In this document: in pieces, positions 31,637 to 43,318 of the stretch
How the letters are laid out: every line of letters begins with the position of its first letter
Numbering within the stretch: position 1 is the stretch's first letter
NCBI GenBank assembly: GCA_963758525.1
Contig: CAVWVQ010000002.1
Span: forward strand, 392,350-456,349
Direction: 5' to 3'
DNA: 64,000 nt
DNA from: an uncultured Phycisphaerales bacterium
GTDB taxonomy: Bacteria; Planctomycetota; Phycisphaerae; Tepidisphaerales; Tepidisphaeraceae
Made by a program: the position numbers and the translations under genes
The notes under the pieces: model-generated
Database searches by the model: none
Seen by the model: only the letters and a program-made list of their open reading frames with translations
Told to the model about the DNA's origin: nothing

Positions 31637-33469
31637 GTGAGTACCTCCGGTTCAGGCAACGATTTTTTGTCGCAGGTCCTCTCCGCCGTCGACATCGTCG
31701 AGGTGATTGGACGCTCGGTCGCGCTGAAACGCCGCGGCAAGGAATTTGTCGGCCTCTGCCCGTTCCATCAGGAAAAGACGCCGTCGTTTTACGTCAGCCC
31801 CGCCAAGCAGATTTTTCACTGCTACGGTTGTAAGGCGGGACATAGCGTCATCGACTTTGTCATGAAGCGCGATCGCATCGAGTTTATCGATGCGCTCAAG
31901 CTGCTCGGCGAACAGGCCGGGTTGGAAATGCCCAAGTACGGCGTCTCGAAACAAAAATCGGGCGAACGGCAAGTGCTGCTGGACATGCACTCCGCCGCCT
32001 GTGCGTTCTTTGAAAAGTTGCTCTCTGATCCGCAGCAGGGTGAAGCCGCGCGGCAATATCTTGCAAAGCGGGGAATCAACCAGGATTCGATCCGGCGATT
32101 CCAGATTGGCTTTGCCGCCGATGCATGGGACGCTCTGTTGCGAGGGCCGGTGGGGAAAAAGTTCCCTCCGGCGCAATTGTCGCTCGGCGGACTTCTCAAG
32201 TCGCGCGACAATGGAAGGGGGTATTACGATACGTTTCGCAATCGCCTGATCTTTCCGATCCGCGACGAAAACAGCCGTGTGATCGCATTCGGCGGCAGGG
32301 AGATGCCTGGGAAGGAAAACCCGCCCAAGTATCTCAACAGCCCTGAAACGCCGCTGTTTTCCAAGAGCCGGGCGATTTTTGGCCTGGATCTGGCGCGACA
32401 GCGGATTGTCGAAACTCGGACGGTCGTTGTCGTCGAGGGATACACCGATGTGGTGATGGCTCACCAGTTCGGCGTGACCAATGTCGTGTCGCCATTAGGC
32501 ACGGCGCTGACTGAACAACATGTGGGGCTCCTCCGGCGATTTGCCGACCGCATCGTGCTGCTGTTCGATGCCGATGCCGCGGGCGAAACCGCTGTCGATA
32601 AAGCCGTCGCGCTGTTTCTCACGCAGCCGGTTGAAATCGCGATTGCGTCGATGCCCCAGGGCGTCGACCCTGACGAATTTTTGCTCAGCCAGGGCGCCGA
32701 AGCGTTTGAAACGATGCTCCGCGGCGCGGCTGACGCCCTGACGTTTAAGTGGAAGCAATTGGAACGGACGTTTCGCGAGTCGGGCGACAGCCTGACAGCC
32801 CAGCAGCAGACGGTCGAGCGATATCTGGAAGTGTTGGCCGGGGCGCGTGGGAGCGGCCCGGTCGATTCCCTGCGATGGGGCGCGGCTCTGGCCCGGGTGA
32901 GCCGGCTGGCGGGGATTCCCGTCGAGGACCTGAATCGTCGATTCCGGAACGCTCCGGTGCGAAATAAGCCCCGTCCCGCGGCCAATCAGCCCGTTGCGGT
33001 GCAACCCGCCGCGCCGCGCCGCCCGCCAGCCCCCAGCGAGCGGGCCGCCAGATGGGTTTTGGGCGTCCTGCTGCTTGAGCCGGGACGATGGCCCAACGTG
33101 CAGCGCGAACTGCAGCCGGAGGCTTTTGACGATCCGTCGCTCAGACGTTTGGCAGAGATGTATTGGAGTCATCAACGTGAGGAAGGTGAGCCGGTATTGA
33201 GTGAGTTCCTCGGTCTGCTGAAAGACCCGGACCTGGTGGAACTCGCCATTTCCTGCGTGGATGAAGTCGAAGAGCTTGCAGATCTGGATCTGACGCTCAG
33301 CGAGGCGCTGGTGCATTTGGGCCCGGTCCGCCAGGGACACGAAGAAAGACGAAAACTTATTGCTCAGTCGAAGCGTACAAGTGAAGAGGCGATGAGCGAA
33401 CAGGACGAAGTTCTCCTGTTCGAGCGCCTCCAGGCCAGGACGCGTCAAGCGGACCCCTGGCGGGTATAA
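31637..33469 (+). CDS. dnaG: DNA primase
   Basis: CPFH..KTPSF..C..C zinc finger, FRNRLIFPI, KYLNSPET, VEGYTD, FDADAAG, DPDE. Confidence 0.97.
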   Translation: MSTSGSGNDFLSQVLSAVDIVEVIGRSVALKRRGKEFVGLCPFHQEKTPSFYVSPAKQIFHCYGCKAGHSVIDFVMKRDRIEFIDALKLLGEQAGLEMPKYGVSKQKSGERQVLLDMHSAACAFFEKLLSDPQQGEAARQYLAKRGINQDSIRRFQIGFAADAWDALLRGPVGKKFPPAQLSLGGLLKSRDNGRGYYDTFRNRLIFPIRDENSRVIAFGGREMPGKENPPKYLNSPETPLFSKSRAIFGLDLARQRIVETRTVVVVEGYTDVVMAHQFGVTNVVSPLGTALTEQHVGLLRRFADRIVLLFDADAAGETAVDKAVALFLTQPVEIAIASMPQGVDPDEFLLSQGAEAFETMLRGAADALTFKWKQLERTFRESGDSLTAQQQTVERYLEVLAGARGSGPVDSLRWGAALARVSRLAGIPVEDLNRRFRNAPVRNKPRPAANQPVAVQPAAPRRPPAPSERAARWVLGVLLLEPGRWPNVQRELQPEAFDDPSLRRLAEMYWSHQREEGEPVLSEFLGLLKDPDLVELAISCVDEVEELADLDLTLSEALVHLGPVRQGHEERRKLIAQSKRTSEEAMSEQDEVLLFERLQARTRQADPWRV

Positions 33470-33742
33470 TAGAAGCAGAAGAATGGGAAGTTAGGCTTTT
33501 TTGCAAGATTTGCGGGCCGGTGACTGGATTGGCCGTACGAAGGCGTACGCGTCGAAGCATTCGACAATCCGCAGTTTCGGTCCAAGAATTGACAATTCGA
33601 TATTCCGGTGCGCGGCGCTCGCGTTACAGGGATCGGGAATGCCCCCGAGTTCCTTGGCCCGATTCGCACATCGGCTGATAGCCCGCGGGGTTGCCGCGGT
33701 GAGTCCCGTGATTGAGTCGCGGGAGATTGTTCGGACGCCAGT

Positions 33743-35484
<1,742 letters not shown>

Positions 35485-35598
35485 TTCGATTCGACAATTT
35501 GAGAATTCACGAGCGCGACCGATTGCCGGCCGCGCTCGTGTTGTTTCTTCGCCTGGTCAAGGAGGATTTTTTCGCAGCCGGAAGCTAAAATTCGATGC

Positions 35599-35814
35599 AT
35601 GATCGATCCTTCGGACATTCAGGAATTGTTGGAAAAGGACCCTTTCTCGTCCTTCCGTATCCGTATGTCGGACGGAAAATTCTACGACATCGCCGACGCA
35701 AGTCTTGTTGTCGCGATGGAGAACAGCCTGTTCATGGCTTTTCCAAAACGCGATCGCTGGAAGATTCTCTCATATCAGAATATGACGAGCATTGAGGTAC
35801 CAGCACCCGCGTAA
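35599..35814 (+). CDS. Small planctomycete-type hypothetical protein (PF.F.I..SDG motif)
   Basis: DPFSSFRIRMSDGKFYDI; TAAAAT 7 nt before ATG. Confidence 0.7.
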   Translation: MIDPSDIQELLEKDPFSSFRIRMSDGKFYDIADASLVVAMENSLFMAFPKRDRWKILSYQNMTSIEVPAPA

Positions 35815-35847
35815 CAGTTTTACGCGAAGGGAATCGGAAGCGTTTAA

Positions 35848-36058
35848 ATGAGCTCCAAGGACATCGAAGAGCTTCTCGATCGGAATCCATTTCTTCCGTT
35901 CCGCATCTCGCTGACGAGCATCGAGCACGTGGATGTCACCACGCGCCATTCCGTTGCGGTCGGTCGCGGACAGTTACTCATTGTGCTCCGCGGATGACCG
36001 CTGGAAGATGATCCCGCTCCAGCAGATCGCCAGCGTCGAGACATTGCAGGCGGCGTAA
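35848..36058 (+). CDS. Tandem paralog of 35599-35814 (frameshift near 35990)
   Basis: MSSKDIEELLDRNPFLPFRISL... then in another frame DDRWKMIPLQQIASVE, matching DRWKILSYQNMTSIE. Confidence 0.65.
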
Positions 36059-36166
36059 GCCATCGCGACAGTCCGCAGGCAATTTGAGCGTTAACAAACG
36101 CAACCGATCAACGGCCTCGCTCGTTTTTTTATGGGCGTAACAATCCGATGTGACGATACGCAACAT

Positions 36167-36188
36167 GTAGGGCGGGATTCATCCCGCC
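36167..36188 (+). repeat. REP family B single copy
   Basis: GTAGGGCGGGATTCATCCCGCC, identical to 45767-45788. Confidence 0.85.
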
Positions 36189-36334
36189 GTTTGACTTGCG
36201 AAATGATCTGAATGGCACCTTCCCGATCTTCGAAAGCTTTTCCGAAACCCTCTCGAGGATGCGGATCATAAGTATCGCTTTCAGGAAGCTTTTAGTGGCG
36301 GAAATTCCTGAATTCCCCGGTACAATCCATGCGA

Positions 36335-36715
36335 ATGATCACGAGCCGTCAAATCTCCGCCCTCACTCGGCAGATCACCGAGCAATTCAGCCCCGAGCAG
36401 GTGATTCTGTTCGGGTCCTACGCCTACGGCACCCCAACGCCTGACTCCGACGTGGATTTGCTGGTTGTCATGCCATTCGAAGGAAAGCCGGTCGATAAAG
36501 CGATTCAGATATTGAGCAAAGTATCGCCCGCGTTTTCGGTCGATCTACTGGTTCGCACTCCGACGAATCTGAGCTGGCGGCTTGAGCAAGGCGATTTTTT
36601 CCTGAGAGAGATCACAGAGAAGGGGAAAGTCTTGTATGAAGCCACTAACCTCCGAGTGGGTCGCCAAGGCCGAGGGCGACTTTCACAGCGCCGTCCGCGA
36701 ACTTCGCGCGCGTAA
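36335..36715 (+). CDS. Minimal nucleotidyltransferase (MNT) antitoxin
   Basis: ILFGSYAYG....DSDVDLLVV; C-terminal GKVLYE overlapping HEPN start. Confidence 0.9.
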   Translation: MITSRQISALTRQITEQFSPEQVILFGSYAYGTPTPDSDVDLLVVMPFEGKPVDKAIQILSKVSPAFSVDLLVRTPTNLSWRLEQGDFFLREITEKGKVLYEATNLRVGRQGRGRLSQRRPRTSRA

Positions 36716-37025
36716 AGACCCCAATTATGACTCTAGCTGCTTCCACGCGCAGCAGTGCGTCGAAAAATACCTCAAAGCCTTTTTGCAGGAGGAGGCGATC
36801 AAGTTCTCCAAGACGCACAACTTGACGAACTTGCTCACACTGGCCCATCCGGCGCGTCCAAGCTTAAGTTTGTTGCAGCCTCAAATGACAGCGCTCAACA
36901 TCTATTCAGTCGACATCCGCTACCCGGGTGAAACCGCCGATAAAGCTGCAGCAAAAAGCGCTGTAGCTTCCTGTCGTGAAGCCAGGCGAGTGATCAGAAC
37001 GGCTCTTGGCCTCCCCGCCAAGTGA
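36636..37025 (+). CDS. HEPN domain protein (MNT-HEPN module)
   Basis: W..KAE.D, CFHAQQCVEKYLKA, KTHNL, RYPG. Confidence 0.9.
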   Translation: MKPLTSEWVAKAEGDFHSAVRELRARKDPNYDSSCFHAQQCVEKYLKAFLQEEAIKFSKTHNLTNLLTLAHPARPSLSLLQPQMTALNIYSVDIRYPGETADKAAAKSAVASCREARRVIRTALGLPAK

Positions 37026-37066
37026 CCCGAAGTTCGTTCTCACCAGAAATCCGCTATGATGTCCGC

Positions 37067-37693
37067 ATGTCCGAGCAAGACCCAAACGGCAATCCCTCCC
37101 CCCCGCCGCAGCCACCGGCCGATGGCCCGAACATTCAGCCGTTTCACCACGATCCGGTGAGCGCCCGCGTTCCCGACAAAGTCGCCCGCGGCAGCTTTGC
37201 CACCGGCGTGCTCGTGCAGGAAGGGAGCGGCGAGTTTGTCCTCGACTTCGTGCAGGCGCTGACACGGCCGGCGCTGATTTCCGCGCGCGTCGTGATCGCC
37301 CCGCCGGTCATGGCAGCGCTCGTGAACACGTTCCAGGACAACATCGCACGATATACCGAGGCATTTGGCCCCCCGCCGACACTTCCCAAGCCGGTTCCAC
37401 CCGCGCGACCACCGACCACTCAGGAGATTTACGAGAATCTCAAATTGCCGGAGGACATCCTCAGCGGGGCCTACGCCAACTCCGTCATGATCGGGCATCA
37501 CCCCGGCGAGTTCTTCCTCGACTTCATCACCCGCTTTTTTCCGACCGCGTCCGTTTCGTGCCGAATCTACCTCGCCGCCGCACAGGCGCCGAAAGTGCTG
37601 GAAACCCTTAACGGCTCTCTCCAGCAGTTCTACCGCCGCCAGCAGGCGCAGCAACAAAAAACGCCGCCGCAGGCGCCGCCAAATGGCGGGTGA
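37067..37693 (+). CDS. Tandem DUF3467-like domain protein
   Basis: Two repeats: VARGSFATGV..EFVLDF and LSGAYANSV..EFFLDF. Confidence 0.75.
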   Translation: MSEQDPNGNPSPPPQPPADGPNIQPFHHDPVSARVPDKVARGSFATGVLVQEGSGEFVLDFVQALTRPALISARVVIAPPVMAALVNTFQDNIARYTEAFGPPPTLPKPVPPARPPTTQEIYENLKLPEDILSGAYANSVMIGHHPGEFFLDFITRFFPTASVSCRIYLAAAQAPKVLETLNGSLQQFYRRQQAQQQKTPPQAPPNGG

Positions 37694-37712
37694 CACTGAG
37701 GGGGAACAGGGC

Positions 37713-39188
37713 ATGAGCATTCGTTTCGCTTGCGCAAGCTGCGGAAAACAGTTCGTCGCCAAGCCCGAATTGGCGGGGAAGCGGGGCAAGTGCAATCAGT
37801 GCGGTGGCCCGATCCAGATTCCGGCGATAACAGCGGGTGATCCTTCCAATCCCGAAGTTACGCCGGCGGCGAAGGTCCACCGAACGACCAGCCCCAGCGC
37901 ATCAATGGCGCGGAAACGTTCCTCTTCCACGGCGCCGGTTCCGCGCCAGGCGGAGCGGACAACTCCTCCGCAGTCTGCTCAACGCATCCTCTGCCCGTCC
38001 TGCGGAACACTGCAGTTGCCGACTGAGGCAGCCTGCACTGCCTGCGGATCGGTTCTCGCATCCCCGGCCGAGGCAAGCTCCGGTCCCCAGCCCTGGTTCA
38101 AACGTCCGCCGATCATCATTCCCGCGGCGACGGTCGCGGCCGTTCTTTTTTTCGTCATCGTCTATTTTGTCATGCAGGCGATTGTCAACCCCAGCCGCAA
38201 TGCGCATCAAATCGCTTCGGAAAAGACGGGTTCGGCCACGCCCGATACGACCACGCCGGATGCAACTGGTGAGCGCCCAGCCCCTTCGGTGGCCGCCAGT
38301 ACTCCGGGTATTCAGTATTCGCCTCGCCCGGCGCCAAGGCGGATCGCATTTTTCGACATGTACAAGATGAGAATCAGTGGCAGCGGTCCCGGCTACCCCG
38401 TCCAACTCTTCGTCTATATTCCCGCCGAGCAGCATGCCGCGCACGCTCTGCCCTGCGTGCTGATCGCGCCGGCAGGGTCACGACTGTTTCACGGGATGAG
38501 CCTCGCCGAGGGAGATATCCGCGAACACCTGCCGTATGTTCAGGCAGGATTTGCAGTCTGCGCCTACGAACTTGCCGGACCGGTCGCCACGATGAGCGAT
38601 CGAGTCGCCTACCGCGACCTGGAGTTGCCTGCTCGAGAATTCGCTCTGGCCGAGGGCGGAGTTGCCAACGCACAAGCCGCCATCAACTACATCGTTTCGC
38701 AGTTTCCGGAAATAGACGCGACGCACCTGTACGCCGCCGGCCACAGTTCGGCCGCCAACGTCGCGCTCGACGTCGCACTCACAGACCATCGGATCAAGGG
38801 CGTCGCCGCATATGCCCCAGCAACAGATGTCGAATCGCGGCTGGCCAGTACGTTATCGATACTCAATAAGCTCGTGCCAGGCGAAGCTGAATTCATCGCG
38901 CGGATCTCGCCGATCCGGCGTGTCAATGATTTTGCCTGCCCGGTTCTCCTTTTTCACGCCGACGATGACACCAATGTTCCCACCGCCGACAATCAGAATT
39001 TTGCCGATGCCATGACGCGAGCGGGAAAAACGATCCGTTTCATCCGGGTCCCCGCCGGCGGGCACTACCAATCCATGATTGATCAGGGAATCAATGCGGG
39101 GATCGAGTTTTTCAAATCGCTTGGTGCTCAGCCGTTTCCCTCGACGATTCAGCCGCCAGCTCCGCCGTCGCTGGGCGCACCGCATTGA
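37713..39188 (+). CDS. Zinc-ribbon + TM + alpha/beta hydrolase (S9-like)
   Basis: Four CxxC pairs, TM helix, AGHSSAA nucleophile elbow, HADDDTNVP, GGH. Confidence 0.82.
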   Translation: MSIRFACASCGKQFVAKPELAGKRGKCNQCGGPIQIPAITAGDPSNPEVTPAAKVHRTTSPSASMARKRSSSTAPVPRQAERTTPPQSAQRILCPSCGTLQLPTEAACTACGSVLASPAEASSGPQPWFKRPPIIIPAATVAAVLFFVIVYFVMQAIVNPSRNAHQIASEKTGSATPDTTTPDATGERPAPSVAASTPGIQYSPRPAPRRIAFFDMYKMRISGSGPGYPVQLFVYIPAEQHAAHALPCVLIAPAGSRLFHGMSLAEGDIREHLPYVQAGFAVCAYELAGPVATMSDRVAYRDLELPAREFALAEGGVANAQAAINYIVSQFPEIDATHLYAAGHSSAANVALDVALTDHRIKGVAAYAPATDVESRLASTLSILNKLVPGEAEFIARISPIRRVNDFACPVLLFHADDDTNVPTADNQNFADAMTRAGKTIRFIRVPAGGHYQSMIDQGINAGIEFFKSLGAQPFPSTIQPPAPPSLGAPH

Positions 39189-39253
39189 ATCTTGTCCCGG
39201 CAGAGCCCCTCACTCCGAGTCGCCGGCGCGCCTACGGCCATCGGAGCGGACCG

Positions 39254-40435
39254 TTATGCCGCCGCGACGCTCTTCGCCGTGGTGATCCATCGCCGGATGG
39301 CATTCGCCTGCCCCTCCCACGCCGACGATGCGCGAATTTTGAGAAATGTCTCAAACAGCCCGTCAATCGTCTTGCCCAACTCCCGCAGCAGAGCGATGCG
39401 CTCCTCGAACAGCACGCGCGGCGTATCCGCCTCAACCTCCGGCAGCTTCGCAGAGCCAACGGCCATCGACTCCGCTTTCAACGACAGCGTGTACTGCTGC
39501 CGCGCCACGTCCAGGATCAATCCCGCCCGCCGAGGAACTTTTCCGCTGCGCAGCGCAGCCCGTGCCTCCGGCATGCGCGATGGCCCCTGAGCGCGCAGCG
39601 AATCGCTCCCGCTCTGTCCATACGCGCAATCCAGATCGAGAAACTTGTCGATGAAGATCGTGACGTCGCCGGCAGCTTCGGTGTCGACAATGCTCGTTCG
39701 CGCGTCCGCTTCATGCCAGAGCCAGACGAGAAACTCATTGCCGAGAAAATCCTTGGGCTCTGGTCCTTTGGCGACCCACGGATATTCCGGATATTGGCCC
39801 TCTCCCTCGGGCCCGGAAGCGAATCGCGTTGGACGCAAATCTTCGTAATCGCGACGCTTGCCCTTCGGCTCGAGCAATCGCAAGGCAACCGAGCCCGAAG
39901 TCAACGGCGTCAATGTCAGCCCGAACGTCCGCTCGAACAGTTCAGCCAGCTTCTCGAACACTCCGCCCGACGCGGGGCTGAACAGCACCTGCTGCGACAC
40001 ATCCCACAGTATCGGCGTCACCTTGCTTCGCCGAAACTTGCCTGACCGCATCTCCTCCTCGATCTTCCGCCGGACCGTTTCGCGGGCGTCGCGCTTCTGA
40101 TTCTTGCTGATAAAGCCGGACGGATTGCTCGAAGCGGCCGCCTCTTCCTCCATTAACTGATAAGCCTTCTTCAGATCGCCAGGAACCTTGTTCGTGTCCA
40201 CGCGCATCCCAAAGTGAAGCGCGTCGGCATAGACGTTATTCTCAAAACTGAAATCGCCGTCCAGAACGTGCCGTCCTCCGTTCCATCCATATTCAACCTC
40301 TTCCGGCCGTCCCAGTTCACTGGGGCGAAGCGCACTTTCCGAGAGTTTCTCCAGCAATCCTTCGTCAATTTGCTTCGGACTCTTTCCTTCTACCGCAAAA
40401 CGACGAAACGATATCGCTCCAGACGCAAATCCCAT
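39254..40435 (-). CDS. RdgC-like recombination-associated protein
   Basis: G.ISFRRF.V, YGW, MRVD..KVP, LFERTFG, FLGNEFLVWLW, EAR.AL..GK.P. Confidence 0.65.
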   Translation of the reverse strand: MGFASGAISFRRFAVEGKSPKQIDEGLLEKLSESALRPSELGRPEEVEYGWNGGRHVLDGDFSFENNVYADALHFGMRVDTNKVPGDLKKAYQLMEEEAAASSNPSGFISKNQKRDARETVRRKIEEEMRSGKFRRSKVTPILWDVSQQVLFSPASGGVFEKLAELFERTFGLTLTPLTSGSVALRLLEPKGKRRDYEDLRPTRFASGPEGEGQYPEYPWVAKGPEPKDFLGNEFLVWLWHEADARTSIVDTEAAGDVTIFIDKFLDLDCAYGQSGSDSLRAQGPSRMPEARAALRSGKVPRRAGLILDVARQQYTLSLKAESMAVGSAKLPEVEADTPRVLFEERIALLRELGKTIDGLFETFLKIRASSAWEGQANAIRRWITTAKSVAAA

Positions 40436-40591
40436 GTTCCCTTCCGTCAACAAACTTAAAACTTCGGATGATCCGACGTAACAGCGCGCTGCTCGAATCA
40501 CCGTAGCGATCAATCTCGATCAGCGCACACTCCGTAGTGTCATGTATCGCATTTGCGGCGATTCCCCCGCGGGCCCCTTTCTCCGCCCACC

Positions 40592-40611
40592 TTATCCACA
40601 CACTGTCCCCA
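40592..40611 (+). promoter_or_regulatory. Perfect DnaA box plus adjacent degenerate box
   Basis: TTATCCACA (40592-40600) followed by CTGTCCCCA (40603-40611), upstream of the RdgC-like gene. Confidence 0.5.
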
Positions 40612-40701
40612 CGCGCGACCGCGGTGACGTTCTATCGCCCCAAAGGGGGCCATCGCTCTACTCGCTGTGCGGGGCGTGGGGAACGTTTCTCGACATGCTC
40701 G

Positions 40702-41652
40702 TCACAGGCGTTCGATCTGCGCGCGCGTCAGCCGCATGTGTTCGGCTGCTCGATCGACCGTCCCCCGCCGCACGCTGATGAGCTCGGCCGCGATGCTGAT
40801 CGCGATTTCTGCCGGGGTGACGGCACCGATGCTTAATCCGACCGGAGCATGCACCCGGGCCAACTGCTCGGTCGACACTCCCTGCTCGCGAAGTTCAGAG
40901 AAAATCGTCAGGATCTTGCGTTTCGAGCCGATCAGTCCGATGTACGCGGCCCGCGATCTCACCACCGCCGCCAGCGCCAGCGCATCGCGGCGGTGCCCGC
41001 GCGTCACGATCACCACATAGTGTCGTTCATCGAGCTGCAGCTTGGCCAGCTCCGTCTCAACAGGCCCGACTCGCAGCATTGCGCCCGGGAAACGCGTCGG
41101 CGATGCCATGTCGGGTCGGTCATCGATCACCAGGACGTCGAAATCGATCTGCACCGCCGCGGCCGCCAGCGCCGCGCCAACGTGCCCGGCGCCGGCAACC
41201 ACCAGCATCGGCGCGGGCTGCAGGGGAATGGTGAAATGAACGAGTTGATCCCCTTCGTCCATCACCGCAAATGCCAATTCCGCTGCCAACCCGCTGGCGA
41301 GCGCGTCGCGGGCATTTTGGAATGGCGCCGCCTGATCGCGCGTGCTGATCGTCTGAACGGCAACTTCCATCGTCCCGCCGCACACCAGTCCGTCGTCCCA
41401 TCCGTGATCGTGATCGAGTTTGAAAGTGAGCAGGCGGCCCGACGGATCTGCGCTCAGACGCAGCGCCCGCGTTCGCACCTCGGCCTCCACGCATCCCCCG
41501 CCGATGGTGCCCAGCGTCTGCCCGTCCGCCAGCACGACCATCATCGCCCCGGCCTTCTGCGGCGTGCTTCCGCGGGTGCGCACCAATGTGCATACCGCCA
41601 GTGATTCACCGCAGTCAGTTCGGGCGACGATCTGGGTCAACAAAGAAAGCAT
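40702..41652 (-). CDS. xdhC: XdhC/CoxF molybdoenzyme maturation factor
   Basis: GSTPQKAGA, GTIGGGCVE, CGGTM, GAGHVG, TRGH..D, YIGLIGSKRK, TPAEIAISI. Confidence 0.92.
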   Translation of the reverse strand: MLSLLTQIVARTDCGESLAVCTLVRTRGSTPQKAGAMMVVLADGQTLGTIGGGCVEAEVRTRALRLSADPSGRLLTFKLDHDHGWDDGLVCGGTMEVAVQTISTRDQAAPFQNARDALASGLAAELAFAVMDEGDQLVHFTIPLQPAPMLVVAGAGHVGAALAAAAVQIDFDVLVIDDRPDMASPTRFPGAMLRVGPVETELAKLQLDERHYVVIVTRGHRRDALALAAVVRSRAAYIGLIGSKRKILTIFSELREQGVSTEQLARVHAPVGLSIGAVTPAEIAISIAAELISVRRGTVDRAAEHMRLTRAQIERL

Positions 41653-41763
41653 GCCGGCGCCAATCGTAGTTTCTTTCAGATCAGCAGATACATTTTACGC
41701 GAGAATTTGCTAATATCGTCCTGCCGTCGCGCGGTTGCAATTTTCAATGTCTGATCTTTCTTC

Positions 41764-41888
41764 CTTCCTTCATTTCGCTCGCGTTCGGATCTCCCAAGAC
41801 CGCATGGTCGCGGGAGGCCTGATGATCAACGCACCCAACGGCGAAATCGAGGAGGCAGGCACTGCCGTCTTTCAGAGGGGCGGCAACC
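41764..41888 (+). promoter_or_regulatory. Structured 5' leader of xdhAB (candidate cis-regulatory RNA)
   Basis: Four nested stems plus hairpin 41863-41885 covering the GAGGGG RBS. Confidence 0.4.
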
Positions 41889-43316
41889 ATGCGTGATCGA
41901 GTCCGCTTCTACCTGAACGGCAAGCCGGCCGAGGTCGCCGGCGATGACGTATTCCTCACGCTCTCCGATTTTCTCCGCAGGAGGCGCGGACTGACGGGGA
42001 CTAAGGTTGTCTGCGCTGAAGGCGATTGCGGATCGTGCGCTGTGTTGATCGGACGACCCGATGGCAATGCGATTCGCTACTCTGCCACGACGTCCTGCAT
42101 ACAAATCCTTTTTCAGCTGGATGCCGCGCATGTCGTCACCGTCGAGGGCTTGCGAGATGGGCAAGCCCTGAATCCGATTCAACAGGCGATGGTCTCCTGC
42201 CAGGGAACACAGTGCGGCTTCTGCACCCCCGGATTCATCGTCTCGCTCCAGGCGATGATGAATGACGGAGAGCCGATCGATGCCCACGCGGTGCGCCGGG
42301 GGCTGACTGGGAATCTGTGCCGGTGCACGGGCTACGACTCGATTGTGCAGGCGGCACTCGCGACGGACCGCGAGGCTCTGAAATCGGTCGATCAACTCTA
42401 CCCGCCCCTCGACATCCTTGAAGACCTCGAGGCGCTTGCCGGGGAAGAGGTGCGGATCACCACCAATTCGCGCCGCTTTTATAAGCCGGTCATTATTCCG
42501 CAGGCAACGCGTTTCCGGGCAGATCATCCGAATTGTTTCGTAGTCTCCGGGGCCACCGATCTTGGTGTCGTCTACAACAAGAAACTGATCGAGATCAACG
42601 TGGCCATGAGCCTTACGGGCATTGCTTCGCTCAAGCAGGTGCGCCTCGATCACGACGCGATGCATCTTGGCGGCGGAGTGACGCTGGCGACGCTCGAATC
42701 GCTCTCTCGAATCCATCTGCCCGAATTGGGACGCTTCATGCAATGGTTCGGGTCTTTGCTGATCCGCAATTCGGGGACCATCGCCGGCAATCTCGTGACC
42801 GGATCTCCCATCGGCGACACGCTCCCGGCAATGATTGTGCTTGGCGCCGAAGTCGAGCTGACGGGTCTTGACGGTGCGCGACGCGTTCCCATTCGCGACT
42901 TCTATACCGGCTATCGCAAGACGGTTCTCGCCGCCGACGAGCTGGTGACGGCTGTCACGATTCCGCTGCTGGGCGACATGCAAACTCTCAAACTATATAA
43001 GGTTTCCCGCCGCAAGGATCTGGACATCTCCAGTTTTGGAGCGGCCATCTGGATGCAGCGGTCAAACGGGATCGTGGATGATATTCGCATCGCGTTCGGC
43101 GGTGTCGGTCCGATGGTGCTGCGCCTGCCAAAAACCGAAGCGCTGCTGCGCGGCCAGCCCCCGACGCTGGAGCGGTTCGAGCAGGCCGGCGAAACCGCGC
43201 GGCAGGAGGTCACGCCAATCAATGACGTCCGCGGCTCGGCGGAATACCGTAGAATGCTTGCCGAGAATATTCTCCCAAAGTTCTGGCATGAAGTAATCGG
43301 TACGCAGACACTTTAA
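41889..43316 (+). CDS. xdhA: Xanthine dehydrogenase Fe-S/FAD subunit
   Basis: CAEGDCGSC, QCGFCTPG, GNLCRCTGY, GATDL, SPIGD. Confidence 0.93.
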   Translation: MRDRVRFYLNGKPAEVAGDDVFLTLSDFLRRRRGLTGTKVVCAEGDCGSCAVLIGRPDGNAIRYSATTSCIQILFQLDAAHVVTVEGLRDGQALNPIQQAMVSCQGTQCGFCTPGFIVSLQAMMNDGEPIDAHAVRRGLTGNLCRCTGYDSIVQAALATDREALKSVDQLYPPLDILEDLEALAGEEVRITTNSRRFYKPVIIPQATRFRADHPNCFVVSGATDLGVVYNKKLIEINVAMSLTGIASLKQVRLDHDAMHLGGGVTLATLESLSRIHLPELGRFMQWFGSLLIRNSGTIAGNLVTGSPIGDTLPAMIVLGAEVELTGLDGARRVPIRDFYTGYRKTVLAADELVTAVTIPLLGDMQTLKLYKVSRRKDLDISSFGAAIWMQRSNGIVDDIRIAFGGVGPMVLRLPKTEALLRGQPPTLERFEQAGETARQEVTPINDVRGSAEYRRMLAENILPKFWHEVIGTQTL

Positions 43317-43318
43317 CC

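Noticed and set aside
41819..41847. Hammerhead-like CTGATGA...GAAA
   Set aside because: No stem II can form between the motifs and stem I/cleavage-site geometry does not fit.
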